Part shown: piece after piece, positions 28,501 through 42,347 of the stretch
Position numbering within the stretch: position 1 is the first letter of the stretch
How the letters are laid out: each line of letters begins with the position of its first letter
Source of the DNA: Mytilus edulis
Lineage: Eukaryota
Direction of reading: 5' to 3'
Length of the DNA stretch: 64,000 nucleotides
Assembly (NCBI RefSeq): GCF_963676685.1
Contig: NC_092351.1
Coordinates: 31,620,001-31,684,000, forward strand
The notes under the pieces: generated by a model
Databases searched by the model: none
What the model was told of the DNA's origin: nothing
Seen by the model: the letters and a program-made list of their open reading frames with translations, nothing else
Translations under genes and position numbers: made by a program

Positions 28501-30764
28501 ATTAACTAATCATAAGATAGGATAAAATGAATATGCTGTAACACAAAATGCCGGAAACACATGTGTAAAAAAGAGAAAATGAATTTTCGCGGAAACAATA
28601 AAATTGCGGAACAACAGACAAAAAAGGAATAGTCACTCTGCAAAAAAATATCCTTCCTAAGAATATAAGAATATCCAATTGTCGTCCTCTCATGTTAAAG
28701 TGGGCGTTGTCCCATTGAATGTTTAACCGATACCCACTGTAATGTGTTTGACAGTTTTAAAATGATGTACCTTGACACATCATAGATATATAGAATAAAG
28801 ATAATAATGAAAAATGTTTTCCCCGTATTTTATAGGAAACAAATATCTTCATATACTGACGCCAGTAAAGCATACTGAGATGAGAGTGGACATGGAGAAT
28901 TTTAAAGGTGAAAAGAGGTATGCCAAATACTCAAAATTCAGTATTGGAGATGCTGCCTCGAAATATAAACTGACAGTTGGTGGATATTCTGGAAATGCCG
29001 GTAATAATTTTAACAATTATACAAATACACTAGACAGCTGCATTCAAGTTGGGATTGAATATTCATTGTAATTTATTCCTTTATTAGTATATTAAAAGTA
29101 TAAAGCTTTTTATGTCAATGGTACGTCTAATTATGATCTAGCTTGTTTTCTTCAAAAAAAAAATAGTCGTACTATTTCCATTTTTTTTTTTTTTTTTTGG
29201 AAATAGACGCTTCTGAAAACGTTAAATGAATCTTCTGTGTCCGAAATAATATTCATTTCCAATTACATCAACCACGACATAATATAATCAGATATACGGT
29301 GTTCGCAATAAACAAGAATATATACGGTGTTACTATACTAGTCAACAAAAGAAACGATACAAGACTTTTTTTTCAAATTTAAGATAAAGTTTTCCGTTTA
29401 TTGGACCAATATAGAAGGTAGTAATACTTAATCATTATGGAAATATAAATCCGTTTAAAAAAAATATTTTTTTGCTTTCGTGATGTTTTTTGACGATTTT
29501 TTTTTGTTTTTTACAAAATTTACATAAAACGACAATTTGAAAAACAGAAGTTTCAACTAATGATGCCAACCTCTCATTTAAAGGTAAAGACAATGTTTGC
29601 CATCAATTTGTTTTTAAAAATCATACAGTTTCTTCGTTTATTTGTTTACCAAAGTTCGGCCCCACGAGAAATCGTTAAAATGTATACATTATCAACTGAT
29701 TTACCATAGACAGTATGTGTAAAGTGATATTCAAAAAGCTGTCACAATCTTAAAACTAATCCGAAATGTTCCAAATTTACTGTGTGTTGTTTTCATATCC
29801 AAAGCATTGATTTGAGACAAAAATAAAAAAAATTTTTTTGCATTTTTTGAGATTTCAAAAAAACACTTTTTTTCCCAAAAATTTGAAAAAACAATATTTC
29901 AACCCATTAGTTACCAACATGAAACACAACTTGATTAGCATATTGAATATTTTTAAACAAAGTTGAAATTTTATTTAGTACTTAGAAAATTACGTGTCGA
30001 TTTTTTATTCAACTTTCCGCAAAACTTATTTGCACCCTATAGTCGTTTACAGGTAATTTAGATACTTTCCGACAAGTTTTGATTTTCATTATCACATGTG
30101 CATACATTGCAAATGAAAGCTTTTTAAAATAGTGTATTTCATTTTGTTTTATATTAAATACTTTTTGATAAATTTTATTTCAAAGTCGTGTATCGTTTCT
30201 TTTGTTGACTAGTATATCAACAACATAAGCATTGCCAATTCTGCTGTAGCAGTTGGTGCGCGTTTCGGCTATTTTAAATGTTTCGTAGGTGATTCTCGGG
30301 GCCACATTATTTGGTAATGCGAAATCTTATTCAAACTTTGAAAATCTAATGCAACCAAAATAAAACTAAGGTTAAAACAAATTCAGAAAAGAAATCAGAG
30401 CTTTGCATACGGTTATATGTTATACTAAAAAAGATACAAATAAATGCTTATTACTTATAAAAATTCCATCGAATCAAAAGTGGTTCTATTTTATATTCCA
30501 GGCGATGCTCTTGCACCTACTCACAACGGCATGAAGTTCACAACACCTGATCAAGATAATGACAATTATAAAGCAAACTGTGCATTGATTTTTAACAGAG
30601 TTGGTGGCGGTTGGTGGTTTAATACATGTGATGCTGTGTGCTTTACATTCTCATATGCAAACAATAAGGAAGGTTTGACTGGAGAGAATCTTATCCAATG
30701 GAGTAGTTGGAAGGGTTCCGAATATTCTCTGAAATATGCTGCGATGATGATACGAAGAATTTAA
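25540..30764 (+). CDS. Secreted fibrinogen-related protein (FREP), copy 2, ~280 aa
   Basis: Exons 25540-25645, 26447-26527, 27401-27531, 28108-28204, 28836-29000, 30502-30764. Exon sizes and phases match copy 1 (last exon one codon longer). Signal peptide [20 protein letters not shown]; intact frame. Confidence 0.93.
29336..30214. mobile_element. Tc1/mariner-like non-autonomous element in FREP2 intron 5
   Basis: TA-[TACTAGTCAACAAAAGAAACGATAC ... GTATCGTTTCTTTTGTTGACTAGTA]-TA. Confidence 0.85.
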
Positions 30765-32349
30765 TCCGATGTTGAAAAAATAAAAATAAAATATATCTGA
30801 TTGTACATTGCTCTTTTCGAATTCACATTTATGTATTTTATTATTTCGAATTATAATGTATATCAAATACATGTTTGAGTATTGGTTGCATGCTAAGGTG
30901 AATAAGGTGATGTTGCTGTGGTTTGTCTGTTATAATACCTTTTTAAAGGAAATTCGATATAAAAGCAGTGGCATTTTTCGGTTCGGTTTAAATTTACCTC
31001 GACAATGTAAGAGTAGTTCTTAATTACTTATTTCCCTCAAAATATAGGATCTAACTCGAACTTGATAATCTAACCTCTTCAGCGATATAGCAATACCCTT
31101 TCCTTTACATCCAGCTGTTGTTATTTCAAGGGTGATATCTTCTCGTAAATATTGAATTTGAATACGTTTGACTTATTATAATTCATGGAGTTTATGATTT
31201 TTGAATTTTTTTGTAAAATGACATATGCCGTTCTCAACGTACAAGTGTATTTATCAGGAGCAACACTATGAAGGCGCATATGGTACACCACTTGTTACGT
31301 TATTTGGTTGCAAAAAAGTCGGAATTACTAGTTATGTTGTGTGTTATAAGCTGGAATCTAATCATCATGTGGAGTCAACTTGTCGGAATGATGTAGAAAA
31401 CATTGCATTACAATGTCGACTGTCTAATATAAATGTAATGACATAGTAATACGAAGTCGACATGTTGAATTCAACTTGTTAATTGATTAAGTCGACAACT
31501 TGTTTATTTGATGATGAGGTAAAACCAAGTGATCATTTTGGAAAAAAACATAGGTCTATTTTTAAATACCGATTTCCATATGTCGTTTGTTTAATGTGTT
31601 TCGGATGGCGTAATTTAACATAAGTTTGTTGACTTATACAATGTATGCACCTTGCGCAGTGGAGCTGTGTATTTTTTCTTATTTTTAAAATATTTTTTTT
31701 TCTATTTCAGTAATAAATGTTATAGGTTAATTATTGACATTCTCTAGTTTCAAAGAAAAACTATGAGCTACCCGGCCATTTGAGTCTTTGCTCCATTTTC
31801 GAACTTTAAGTATTCGAGAACTTTAAGGATTCAGCCTGATAACAAACCCTAGAAAAATACCAAAACAAATATATAAAAGGAAACATGGAAAAGGTGTGGT
31901 TCTACGCAACAATTTAGAATACCAAATTATTAATATAACAGGAAGATGCATTATTCAGCTTCATTCATTTAAAACATTTCTTAGTCTACTTCCAACAAAA
32001 ACTCAAACTAAATGTTATCAATACAGCTAGTAAATTATCAATCATCTAACTTCAAAAAGAGGGGTATGTATTTTGTCTGAGCCAGATTTTTTTTAAATGT
32101 TTTTCGACGCTTTGAGTCAATTTTTTTCTTTATTTCAAAATGTAACACTATAATGTTTTGGTAAATCTAGATTCCGAATATCTTTTTTGTCATGCATCTG
32201 GTTGCCCACAATATTTTTATCATCAAATTGGGGATCAACATTTTTCTAGGAAGAAAACATAAGCCCAACTCTCTGAAGTTAAATGGTCGGTGTTTAACGA
32301 AATACGCTATTGTAGTCCCAAGTTTGATTTGTCTCTATGTTTTCTCTGG

Positions 32350-35300
32350 CTATAAATCCCGATCAATGTGATGAGGAATATCGTTTATCTCAGTAGCCAT
32401 TGTTTCTATAATTTTGATATACTCCTCTGTTTTACTCAATTGTTCTAGTGTGAAATACTGTTTTACATCAATATCTTCATATTCTTTTTTGCGGATTCCT
32501 GCCTTCAGATGTTTTGCCGCACACATTAAGTCTTTTTCGGTGTATTCGAATTCTAAAAATGCCATCAGTTTCCTTATTTCGTTCTTAGGGTTCTGTACAA
32601 GGTTATCGAAAAAGATTATGTATTTTGGACCAACAAAGTCTTTCATCCATTCTTCGTTAAAATATCTCCACATGTCAAACAGACTTCCTAAGAATTCTTT
32701 AAATTTCACTGCAAAAATAACGAGAGAACAACAGTAATTTGTTGTTAAAGCAATGTGAGAAAAACTACATTATTTTTTCAATAATTATAAAAATTAAAGA
32801 CTAGCTGCCAATGAGACAACTATCCACCAAAGATATAACTGTTCAGTTGCAGTCTGGAACAATAAAAAAAAGTATCTTTTATGTTACAAAGATGCCGAAA
32901 TTATGTGTTATTATGTCGGTATCCACGGTGAACTGATGTTATGGCGAAACTACAGTCGTACATTTCAAAAAATAATTTGTTAGACTATGTTAATTGAAAT
33001 ATAATAATCCCCCTTTTTTTCTCGTTATTTGACGAGTGAGTTACATTAAAAGCTTTTTAAATATGTTAGAAAATGGAAATAAATTAACAAAACATAGACA
33101 TAGACAATCAAATTAAATCTCAAGCTCTTCAAAAAAATATTCTTAGGGTGCTTCCCAAGGGCTGATACAATTTCCGATGTGGGATGATTACCAATGAGGC
33201 ACTCAAGCCTCTGTCAACTCACTTGAGACAGTGGTGTAAAAGCACAACATCTTATTACTAAAGCATAATTTAACAAAACATTGTAATCAATAGTGTACTC
33301 GCTGTGAGCGTGCAGAATGTTGAAGATTTTCATTCCGGCGATAATTTGTTCCAATACAATTATATACTAGTTTGTAAAACGCAACGAAGATGCCATGAAG
33401 AATATGCATTAAAAGTAATACAAGAGTTCTAAACAATATATTTCAAAATTATTAGCATAGAGTTTGAGCTAAGCAAATCAGATTGTTCAGTCTTGAGCCG
33501 ACTTCCTCACAATTCTGACGAAATCACTGTAAAGATGATATTAAAACTTGTTGAACAGAAAAAAAGATTTGCGATTATATTGCATTCCTGACAATAATTT
33601 GTGATGTCCATGTGATTGATTATCAACGTCGTACACATTAAAATTCAACAAATGAAGATATTTTATTCTCAGATTTGTGTACGAACAAGGAAATCACGGT
33701 GTCAGACCACCAATAAAAAGTCCCTTTCTGTTCAACCAAATTTTTCAATTTTCACATTATCTTAATATTTTACCTTAAGTTTAATTTCATAGAAACCAGG
33801 TATGAGGGGCGTAAAAGGGGGGGGAGATATCTGCACGGAAGAAAATTGTCATTTCACGATGAACAATTAAAAAGGTCTTGCACATTAATCTTTTAACCGA
33901 TTTCACGAAACACGGTGAATAACGAACCTTTTTCACGGCTGCACGTCAAATAAAAATGGTAAAACATGTTGCACGACAATAACCCTTTACCACCCTCAGG
34001 TTTATCCTGAATCGTACATGCATCAGCTTTCTACATTTCAATTTTCAACATACCTTTAAAATCATATAAGAAGAGGTCTCCAGAATAGAGGTACCACTAA
34101 AAATAAGCCCTGGTTTTCTGGAAATCTTAAATTAGTATACTATGGAGTGCATTAATCCCCAATATTGAATGCAAACTCATAGACAAGTAAATTTTGGCTC
34201 AAAATGGTCTTAATATATTTTTCTTTCACCACAAGTTTCATTTCTGCCAATTTTTTGGTTAGTTTGAGTAAACAATGGCATCAAATGCACTATTTTTTGT
34301 CTGAGTAGGCCTACTTTCACGTTCGTTCTAAATTGGAGGGAGTAGTTGGTGGTCTGACACCTTAACCCGAAATTTCTGACTCGGGACATAATCATTGTTA
34401 GAAAACAACTTACAATCAAAATCTACCTTGCTGGCTCCTCTTCCTATATCTTGGCCATTTTGATGGCTAAACAGGGATGCGTAGCTTTTGTACGGACTCC
34501 GGATTAGTATAACTGCCTTCTCATATTTGAGTTTGTCGAACCATTCATGTGTTTTGATTGTAAGTACTGTTTCATCGTCAGTACATTCGCCTTCAAAATC
34601 TTGTAACAGTTGTTTGTCACAATATGTTGAACCCGTTAATACTCCTACAAAAAAAGATAAAAAAAGTAACTGAAGGCATCGCCGTGCAACAGGTTCTGAC
34701 TATGGTCAATAACCGAACTCCGAGGAAAAATTCAAAACGGAAAGTCCGTAATCATATTTCAAATACAAAAGTTCATGACAATCACAATAAACGAATGAAT
34801 AACAACTGTCATACAACTATTTTAACTGTACTAGTACCCTAAACACAATAGTTTTGCAAACCTAGCCAATTACACAATTAAAAATATGTACATCACTCTC
34901 TCTCAACATTGTTGAAATGATCACCTGTAGTTAGCTCTAGTACATGTCGTAGCAATCTGGTTCCCGATCCTGGATAACTAGCTAGAGCTGTCTTTTTCAG
35001 AGGAGTTTTACTAAACCAAACAGTTTTTGGTTTGCAACCATTATCATTTAAATCTTGGCCTCTGAAATGGAATTATCACCAAGATGTTTAAATTGCACGA
35101 CTGATATGTTTTATATACATATCTACTTTTTCGTAGCTTGTTAATGGCAAACTTGAAAGTAAAATGTGTTGAAATAATGTTATTTAAACAGACAAGAATA
35201 AAGTAACTGGAACATTGTACTAGTCAAATGAGTCCGGCGATAACAAATGTTGTACACACACCGCGGCATGCTAACAATATATGCTTATCCATTTTATTAT

Positions 35301-36634
35301 GGGTTTTTTATCTAAAAATTTGGGAATTGGTTTTGTGAACGGTTTTTTTTTTTGTTCAATTAGCATCTACTTGAAGTTACAAATTATGTTTTTGCTTTTG
35401 GTTACTTATCTATAAACGCACATATATATAAGCCTTTAATTCCCTAGTCACAAATTGTTATCCGTGTGGACTTGTTTTGTCAATGGCGTAAAAGTTTCAA
35501 GTTTTTCCACAGTGTATACGTTTATCTGGAGGTATATGATCATACATCTACAGTTAGCGCATGTGCACGTTGTTAACTTTGCCTTTTTCTCCTTCGTCAA
35601 TGACTCTATACTAGTGAAAAGTTGTGAGGCTTATACTTTTAAAGTTATAATAGGGCTAATATTTTGTCAAACAAATTTTGAATTGTAATTGCCTATAACC
35701 GTTTAATCTCTTAGTATAGGCGTTATATATTATCTAAATTCCCTCACAAAATATCCGTGTACCCTACCTAAATTTTTTATCAAGAAATGGAAGCTTTGGT
35801 GTCCTGGTTTCTCTCTGAATCATCAATCTGGAAAGAAAATAACACATTATGTTTGAATCGGGATACGTCTTATTCACATAGTGGGAGTAGGTTTATTTGT
35901 GTCTGTTAATGATTTGTATAGAATTATTTTTTTTATCAAAGATGGGAACAGTATATCTATATATATATATGTTTCTTATCAAAGTTACCAGACGTATAAT
36001 TGCGTACGCCATGCGTGGGTTTCGTCTACAACAAGGACTATAACTTAAGGGCAAAATAAACGTACGTTATTATTGGAAAAGGATTGGGCATTAGAGATTA
36101 AGATAAACAAAGTGGGTAGTGGCGGTTGCTTTTGGTAAAATTTGTAAAAGCAAAATAATGGGATAAAAATGCATCAAGATAGAACAATGAATGGTGCGTA
36201 GAACACCAATTTTATGTTTCCTGTCATTTTTATGTGTTCGAAAATTCAATTCAAAAGTTACAAGTGAAAAGCAAACAAAATGATGAAAATGTGACCATCA
36301 AAACCCAGTCAATAATTTTTTTCTGGAAAACTATTTAGTATATTAGAACTGAGGTTATATAAATATATATATGAACAAAAACAAATATTGCACTTTTAAT
36401 CGTTATTACAATATTATTTTAAGAATAGTCCGAATTTGTAGGTTTGAATAAAGCACAATGATAAAATACAAATCACCATAACATTTAAAAGTAAAGTATA
36501 TATACTCTAGTATCCAAAAGATGTAACAGGAGTAAAACTTTCATGCTCATGTACCTGTAAGTAACTATCACTACGAAGATCAAAATGGTCGCATAGAAAA
36601 TTTTTGTGTACCGTCTGCTTATTATTCTTGTCAT
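32350..36634 (-). CDS. WSCD1/2-like (sialate O-sulfotransferase family) type II membrane sulfotransferase, ~288 aa, no WSC domain
   Basis: Exons (-) 36634-36555 (signal anchor MTRIISRRYTKIFYATILIFVVIVTY), 35827-35768, 35061-34925 (TALASYPGSGTRLLRHVLELTTG), 34644-34414 (TGSTYCD..IKTHE..AVILIRSPY), 32708-32350 (FDNLVQNPKNEIRKLMAFL). Phases are consistent. An in-frame upstream ATG at 36730 is possible. Confidence 0.85.
33804..33997. mobile_element. Small MITE in the sulfotransferase gene's last intron
   Basis: Imperfect TIRs GAGGGGCGTAAA / TTTACCACCCTC; flanks AGGTAT and AGGTTT. Confidence 0.5.
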
Positions 36635-38959
36635 CGTCTTGCTTAATTTTTGTAGGTTCTTTTTGTTCGTCAATGCTGCAACATAAAGAAAGAGTGCCTG
36701 TAAATAATGATTACAAAATATCTGGAACATGTTCTGTGCAGCAATTAGTTTTCAAAGTACTCAAAGGCACAGAAACAGCTCTAGTATTGCTGTTCGTCGT
36801 CTCAATATCAAATTAATGTCTTCAACAAGGAGTAAAACCTAACGGTATTGTTTTTTAAAATGTGTCGTGTGTGTAAATGTTGCATACAATTTGCAAAGTT
36901 ACTTACACAATTAAATAAATATGTTTTGTTTTGTTTTGGAGAAGATATAAATTAGGAATTTATCCAAGGTAATTGCATCTATTTTAATGATATATGAAAA
37001 CCTATTCTTTTATCATCCTTCGAAAACTATGAAAAAAATAAATGATTTAGCAGCTCAACTTTACAACAAAAGAACAAACATACAAACAAAAATACAAGTC
37101 AGCTTGCGATAAATAATGATAGACAAGTATGTATTGTTTTGTCTCAACTTTAACCAGCATTAGCCAGGACAAAATGTGAACCCTTCCAACAGATCTTGCC
37201 AAATATGAGCCGTCAATACAAAATTCATTGAAAATTAACATTACAAAAAACGTCATTCACTGCCCTGACTTGAGTCAAGTAAATTAACATGTGGCAATGT
37301 TTAATAATCATTAACGCAAACACTGTTCAATTTGAAAGCATCTTGTATCATGATGAATATTTATATTTAGTTAAAGTTCAGATACTAAAAAAGTGAAAAC
37401 TAGAAATATTTTCTTGTTAAACAACAGTATACAATTCATTGGTTATCCTAATGTTACTACCATTAACAGAAGCGTGCATTCACTACAGAACGGTTAGTGC
37501 TTATTGTTGATAATACGTGGTTCACATGGTTCAACATTCAACAAAAGTGTTTTTATCTCTTTTAAAATGGTCAGCTTTTACTTTTATTAATAAAACTAAA
37601 ATACTTATTGTGATATTAAAGGATAAAAATTACCTTAAACAGTATTTCTTTTAGTCATTTTGTGATGTTTATTTGAACATGTCATTGTAGTAATTACTTG
37701 GAGACATCTGTACAATGTAACATTTGGTGATCAATGCATTAGAAATATCACACAGGTGTTTAGATAAACATAAAATTAATACAGGTAGATGAAACATTTA
37801 TAAGTATATCTACATGTTTTTTCATTTTGATACTGGTCAATTTTTTTTTTAACTTGACAAGGCTTTGGAAAAGACATTTTCGAAGAAACAACTAATAAAA
37901 CATTACACAGAGAATTACTTTCTAGCTCATCTAGACCTAAGCAGCATGTAAGACATTTTCATTACTTTATATTAATTCCATTTTCCTAGCTTATACAAAA
38001 TCAAAGATCGTATCATATTCATTTTGTAATCAATGCAATTAGTGTCTCCTTCATGGCAGTCTTGAACATATGCATTAAAAAAAACAAATATTAAATAAAC
38101 AACACTGCTAATGTTTAGAGTTTGGTGCAGGTTGGATGTCATTGTGCAACAGTTTTATATAGAACCCTATGGGAAAAATAGAGAACTCTTTTTGTCGGAA
38201 AACATTATCAACAACTTAATTAACATACTATCCACAATGATCTGTGTCCACACTTATTTTATAGATATTTTACAAAAACTAGATTATATAAGGTCTATAA
38301 GATGTCTTATATACTATACTAAGTTCGAGTAAGTTAAACGGCTTGCCATACAAAAATAACAAAATATCTAATAAAAACGTAAAGATTTAACAAAACACAT
38401 TAATATCAATATAAGGGACTGCAAGGTCATTTTCTTTTGTTTTGGGGATCTAAGAGGAAACTAATCTTTCAAGTCACAACTTCTTTATGACTTCATGGAA
38501 CATCATTTGGATATCCCCTTTACTGTATATATCCTCATTACTGCTTTATAAAGACAGCTCGTCAACCTGATCTAGCAAGATCGACAGACATGATAGGCAA
38601 CAGTCTCCTGGTCATTCATATAGCCGGGCGAGAAACAAGATAAAAAACTGATTGGTCTATATATATATTACATGGTGGGATAACTGTACATGAACACATA
38701 CTAATTGAAGTGTTACAGTAAACAAAATATCGTTTTGAAATATGCTGAAAAAAATATTGTTTGTGATTAGCCATTAAAAATGATTTAGGGTACAAATCCC
38801 TGTCTTATCACAGAGAATCGAATAGTTGTTCCCTAATGAGCCCCAGTTGCTCACCTGGGACCTACTTTCAAATTTAATTCATGACCTCACTTTTGTTTGT
38901 TTTTGTATTGCTGATTTTTTTATTGTGAGATTCTTTCTATCTAAAAGCTTTTCGCAAAG

Positions 38960-39167
38960 TAACAGTCCCCAGGAAATTGTGTTGCCACACCCTGACACAT
39001 TATTTGGAGTTCCAGCAGACCAGTCTTTATTTTTATTTTTTTATGCATTTTATCGTAGAAGCAACATATACCAATTTTAAAATATAGTTTGACTCTGATT
39101 GGCCTCAAACAGTGAGAACTTCTCTTCCCATGGGAAACACACTACCTCAGGACTACCGATGCCGTTT
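38960..39167 (-). mobile_element. Degenerate tRNA-headed SINE fragment
   Basis: cctgacacattat...cagaccagtcttt...agaagcaacatataccaatttt resembles a common bivalve SINE body (recalled, not searched). Confidence 0.35.
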
Positions 39168-40302
39168 AAAAAGAATAAACATGTTGTGATGTTATACCTT
39201 TTATTTCAGAGAAGGAAGAAGTTTTGGTACCATTAAAATGTTTAATCCCGCTGCATTTTTTTGCGCCTGTCATAAGTCAGGAATCTGATGTTCAGTGGTT
39301 GTTGTCTGTACCATGATGCATGTCAATGGAATGTCTTAGTGATTCGGCTTTTTGTATTCTCCTTGTAATTGGTAGAAATTTTTGAACATGCAGACTTAAT
39401 TTTCCTATTGGAAGTTTACCATGAAGTATTAATGTGTGTAATGTTAGCAGCTGGTTTGTTATTCGATATTGGATATTTAAAATTGTGTTGAAATTTTTTT
39501 GAAAAAAAGAGCCCCCTGAACTTTCAATGTGCTTAAAAATGAAGTAAGTCATAGACTCTGTATATAAAGGTTGTATAAGAAGGATTTCCCAGAATAATGT
39601 CATATTCGTTATCTATGGAGGGCTTATATTGTTACTTTTCAGGTATAAATTATCAAAATTTTAGGACAAAGGTCACAAGGCAATGGTGATAGCCCCCTGA
39701 TCTCCCGATCTTCCCAATATTAAGCAGACATTTAGTCAATAGGTAGATGCAAACGTGACTAAAAGATATTTGGGTACACTTTCTGTCTTTCGAATAACGA
39801 ATAATCTCAATTCAAATGGAGTTTGCAATCATAATCATACCCATTTAAATACATCATTAAATTCTTTTGAATAGAAAATGACATACAGCATCATGGTTAC
39901 AATTCATATTCTTTAATCAGCATTAAAAGAGTAACTTCAAAAATAAATTGACAGCTAATCTTTCGGAAAATTATCATTAGTAGGTCGAACATACAATACA
40001 AGAGGATACTAAAGTTATATATCTGGAAACCAAATATCTTCGGACAACAGGTGTTACCAATTAACGACCACAAAATATTTTGCGGTCACAAACAAATTGT
40101 TTGAACCAAAAATAAATTGGATAATTTGAATATTTGACAAAAAAATATATTGTTGTTAATAGCAAACATTCAATTTATAGGCAAAAAAGGTATAATTGTT
40201 TCCTAGTTCCACTTAACTTCTAAGATTTACATAATAAGATTGAAAGCGTTCATCCAGGATAGTATATCTATAAGTTTATTGACTAAATTCTTCAATGAAG
40301 CT

Positions 40303-41630
40303 CACTGTAATATTATGGAGCATATCATCTGTACCAACTTCATCAAACACCTAGAAAGTCACTCCATCTTGACTGATGCTCAAACTGGTTTCAGAAAAGA
40401 ATGGTCCTGTGAATCCCAACTGATACTCACAATTCAAGACCTAGCAAAAAACATCGACAATAAAGAGGAAGTAGATCTAATTCTCTTAGACTTCTACAAA
40501 TACTGTACAAGATCAACCATTATGGCATTGGAGGAGCGACATTAAAATGTCTGAGAAATTTTCTGGAAGACAGACAGCAATGTGTACTCCTGGAAGGAGA
40601 GTCGTCAGAAACTTCGCTAGTGCAGTCTGGAGTTTCACAAGGTAGCGTGGTTGGCCCGTTTATGTTTCTTATTTTTATAAATGACATCCCAGAGTATGTG
40701 TCATTTTCAAATGTTAGACCTTTCGCAGACGCGACTGCGTTCTCTACCGACAGATAAGAAATGAAACAGATGTGACCATCCTTCAAAAAGACCTGGATGG
40801 ACTACAACAATGGGAGGCAGACTGGTAGATGGAATTCCACCCCCAAAAATGCCAACTCTTTTAAGAGTAACAACAAAGCGAAAAACAGTTCAGGCAAATT
40901 ATGATATCCACAGTCATATCCTAGAAGAGGTTGATTCTGCGAAATATCTTGGCGCCTCCATACACAAAACATTAAGTTGGAATAAACACATTGACAACAT
41001 CGCAAAGAAAGCTAACTCTAACAGAGCTTTTCTTCAAAGGAACATCGAAAACTGTCCTAGCCTAGGTAAGACTAAAGCCTTATGCTACCAAACGCGTGTA
41101 AGACCACTAATAGAATACTCTGGTACCATCTGGGATCCATCTACTAAGGCAGCAACCATTTGATTTTATGGATTTTTTTTCTGGAAAAACTATTTTTTTG
41201 GCGAGAAGTCGAAAACATTTTTTTTCTTTCAATTTTAGCATTTACATATATAGTGGCAGCTGAGGGTGAAACAAACAATTTTTTTTTCTTAGGAAAAGAA
41301 ACAAATTATTTTTTTCTCCCAAAACTGGAAACAAACTTTTTTTTCCAAAAAAATACATAGCCCCCCCCCCCCCCCCCCTCCCCCGAAAATCAAATGGTTG
41401 CTGCCTAAGGACAACATTAACAAATTAGAAGCTATGCAACGCCGACGCGCACGATTTATACTCAATGATTACAGAAGAACGAGTAGTGTAACATCAATGC
41501 TACAGGCACTAAACTGGAAGACAGTACTCCTGACAAGAAAGGAGAGCTCAATGTAAGGTCATCATGTTTTACAGGGTAGTGCACCAACTGATTGCCATAC
41601 CAACTACAAATTTACAGCCAGTGAACATCA
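40303..41630 (+). mobile_element. Degenerate CR1/L2-clade LINE reverse-transcriptase fragment
   Basis: [84 protein letters not shown], with frameshifts. Confidence 0.9.
41148..41405. mobile_element. PIF/Harbinger MITE inserted in the LINE
   Basis: TAA-[GGCAGCAACCATTTGATTT ... AAATCAAATGGTTGCTGCC]-TAA. Excision restores WDPSTKDNINKLE. Confidence 0.9.
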
Positions 41631-42347
41631 TCAATCAAACAATCTGAAATTAAGGTGTGGTAAATGTCATTGTGAACATAACAGGCAAACAAAATTGCAT
41701 GAAGACTAGAGTCACAAAGTTGTTCAAAACAATTTACCCCACTAGAAAAAAATATAAAAAAATCCTATGTTTTCTCCAACTGGTTACCCCAAATGAAAGA
41801 AAATTACCAGTCTCTTAGATCTTATTTAGAAACTCTGGGTGTCTCTGGCGTGAGGAACGATGAAAATCACGAATAAAAAGCTGACATAAAAATATCAAAC
41901 TGAGAAGCACTGTAATTCTTTTTGGACAGGTGTCGAGGTGACACTTGTACTTGGTGTTATTTCTATCTTAACGTTGGATTCAACCTACTGTCGGTATTCA
42001 GATGCACAATTCTCGCGCGAATAATTACGTCCCCTTGTTAGAACTCTTCATTCACACGAATCAGGAGCAGAAAAATCGAAATATTATTTATTTTTGTGAC
42101 AACATGATGTGGAATTGGAACACAAAATAAATCTGAATATGTTCTAGACACACCTCTTAAAACTCAATCTATGTATATAATACAAACAAGTACACCAAAG
42201 CACAAAAAATACACACCAAAACGGCGGAGGTAGTTGCAGACAGAAAAATGAAAATAAACAAAAACATTGACAATTTTCTTAATTTGTCATACATGAACAA
42301 ATAACTCATTAAGTATCAATAATAATGGTGAGCTGAAGAAAAGTGGA

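Noticed and set aside
42325-42336. Upstream ORF ATGGTGAGCTGA before the PDZD8 start
   Set aside because: Only three codons, and the transcription start is unknown, so no function can be supported.
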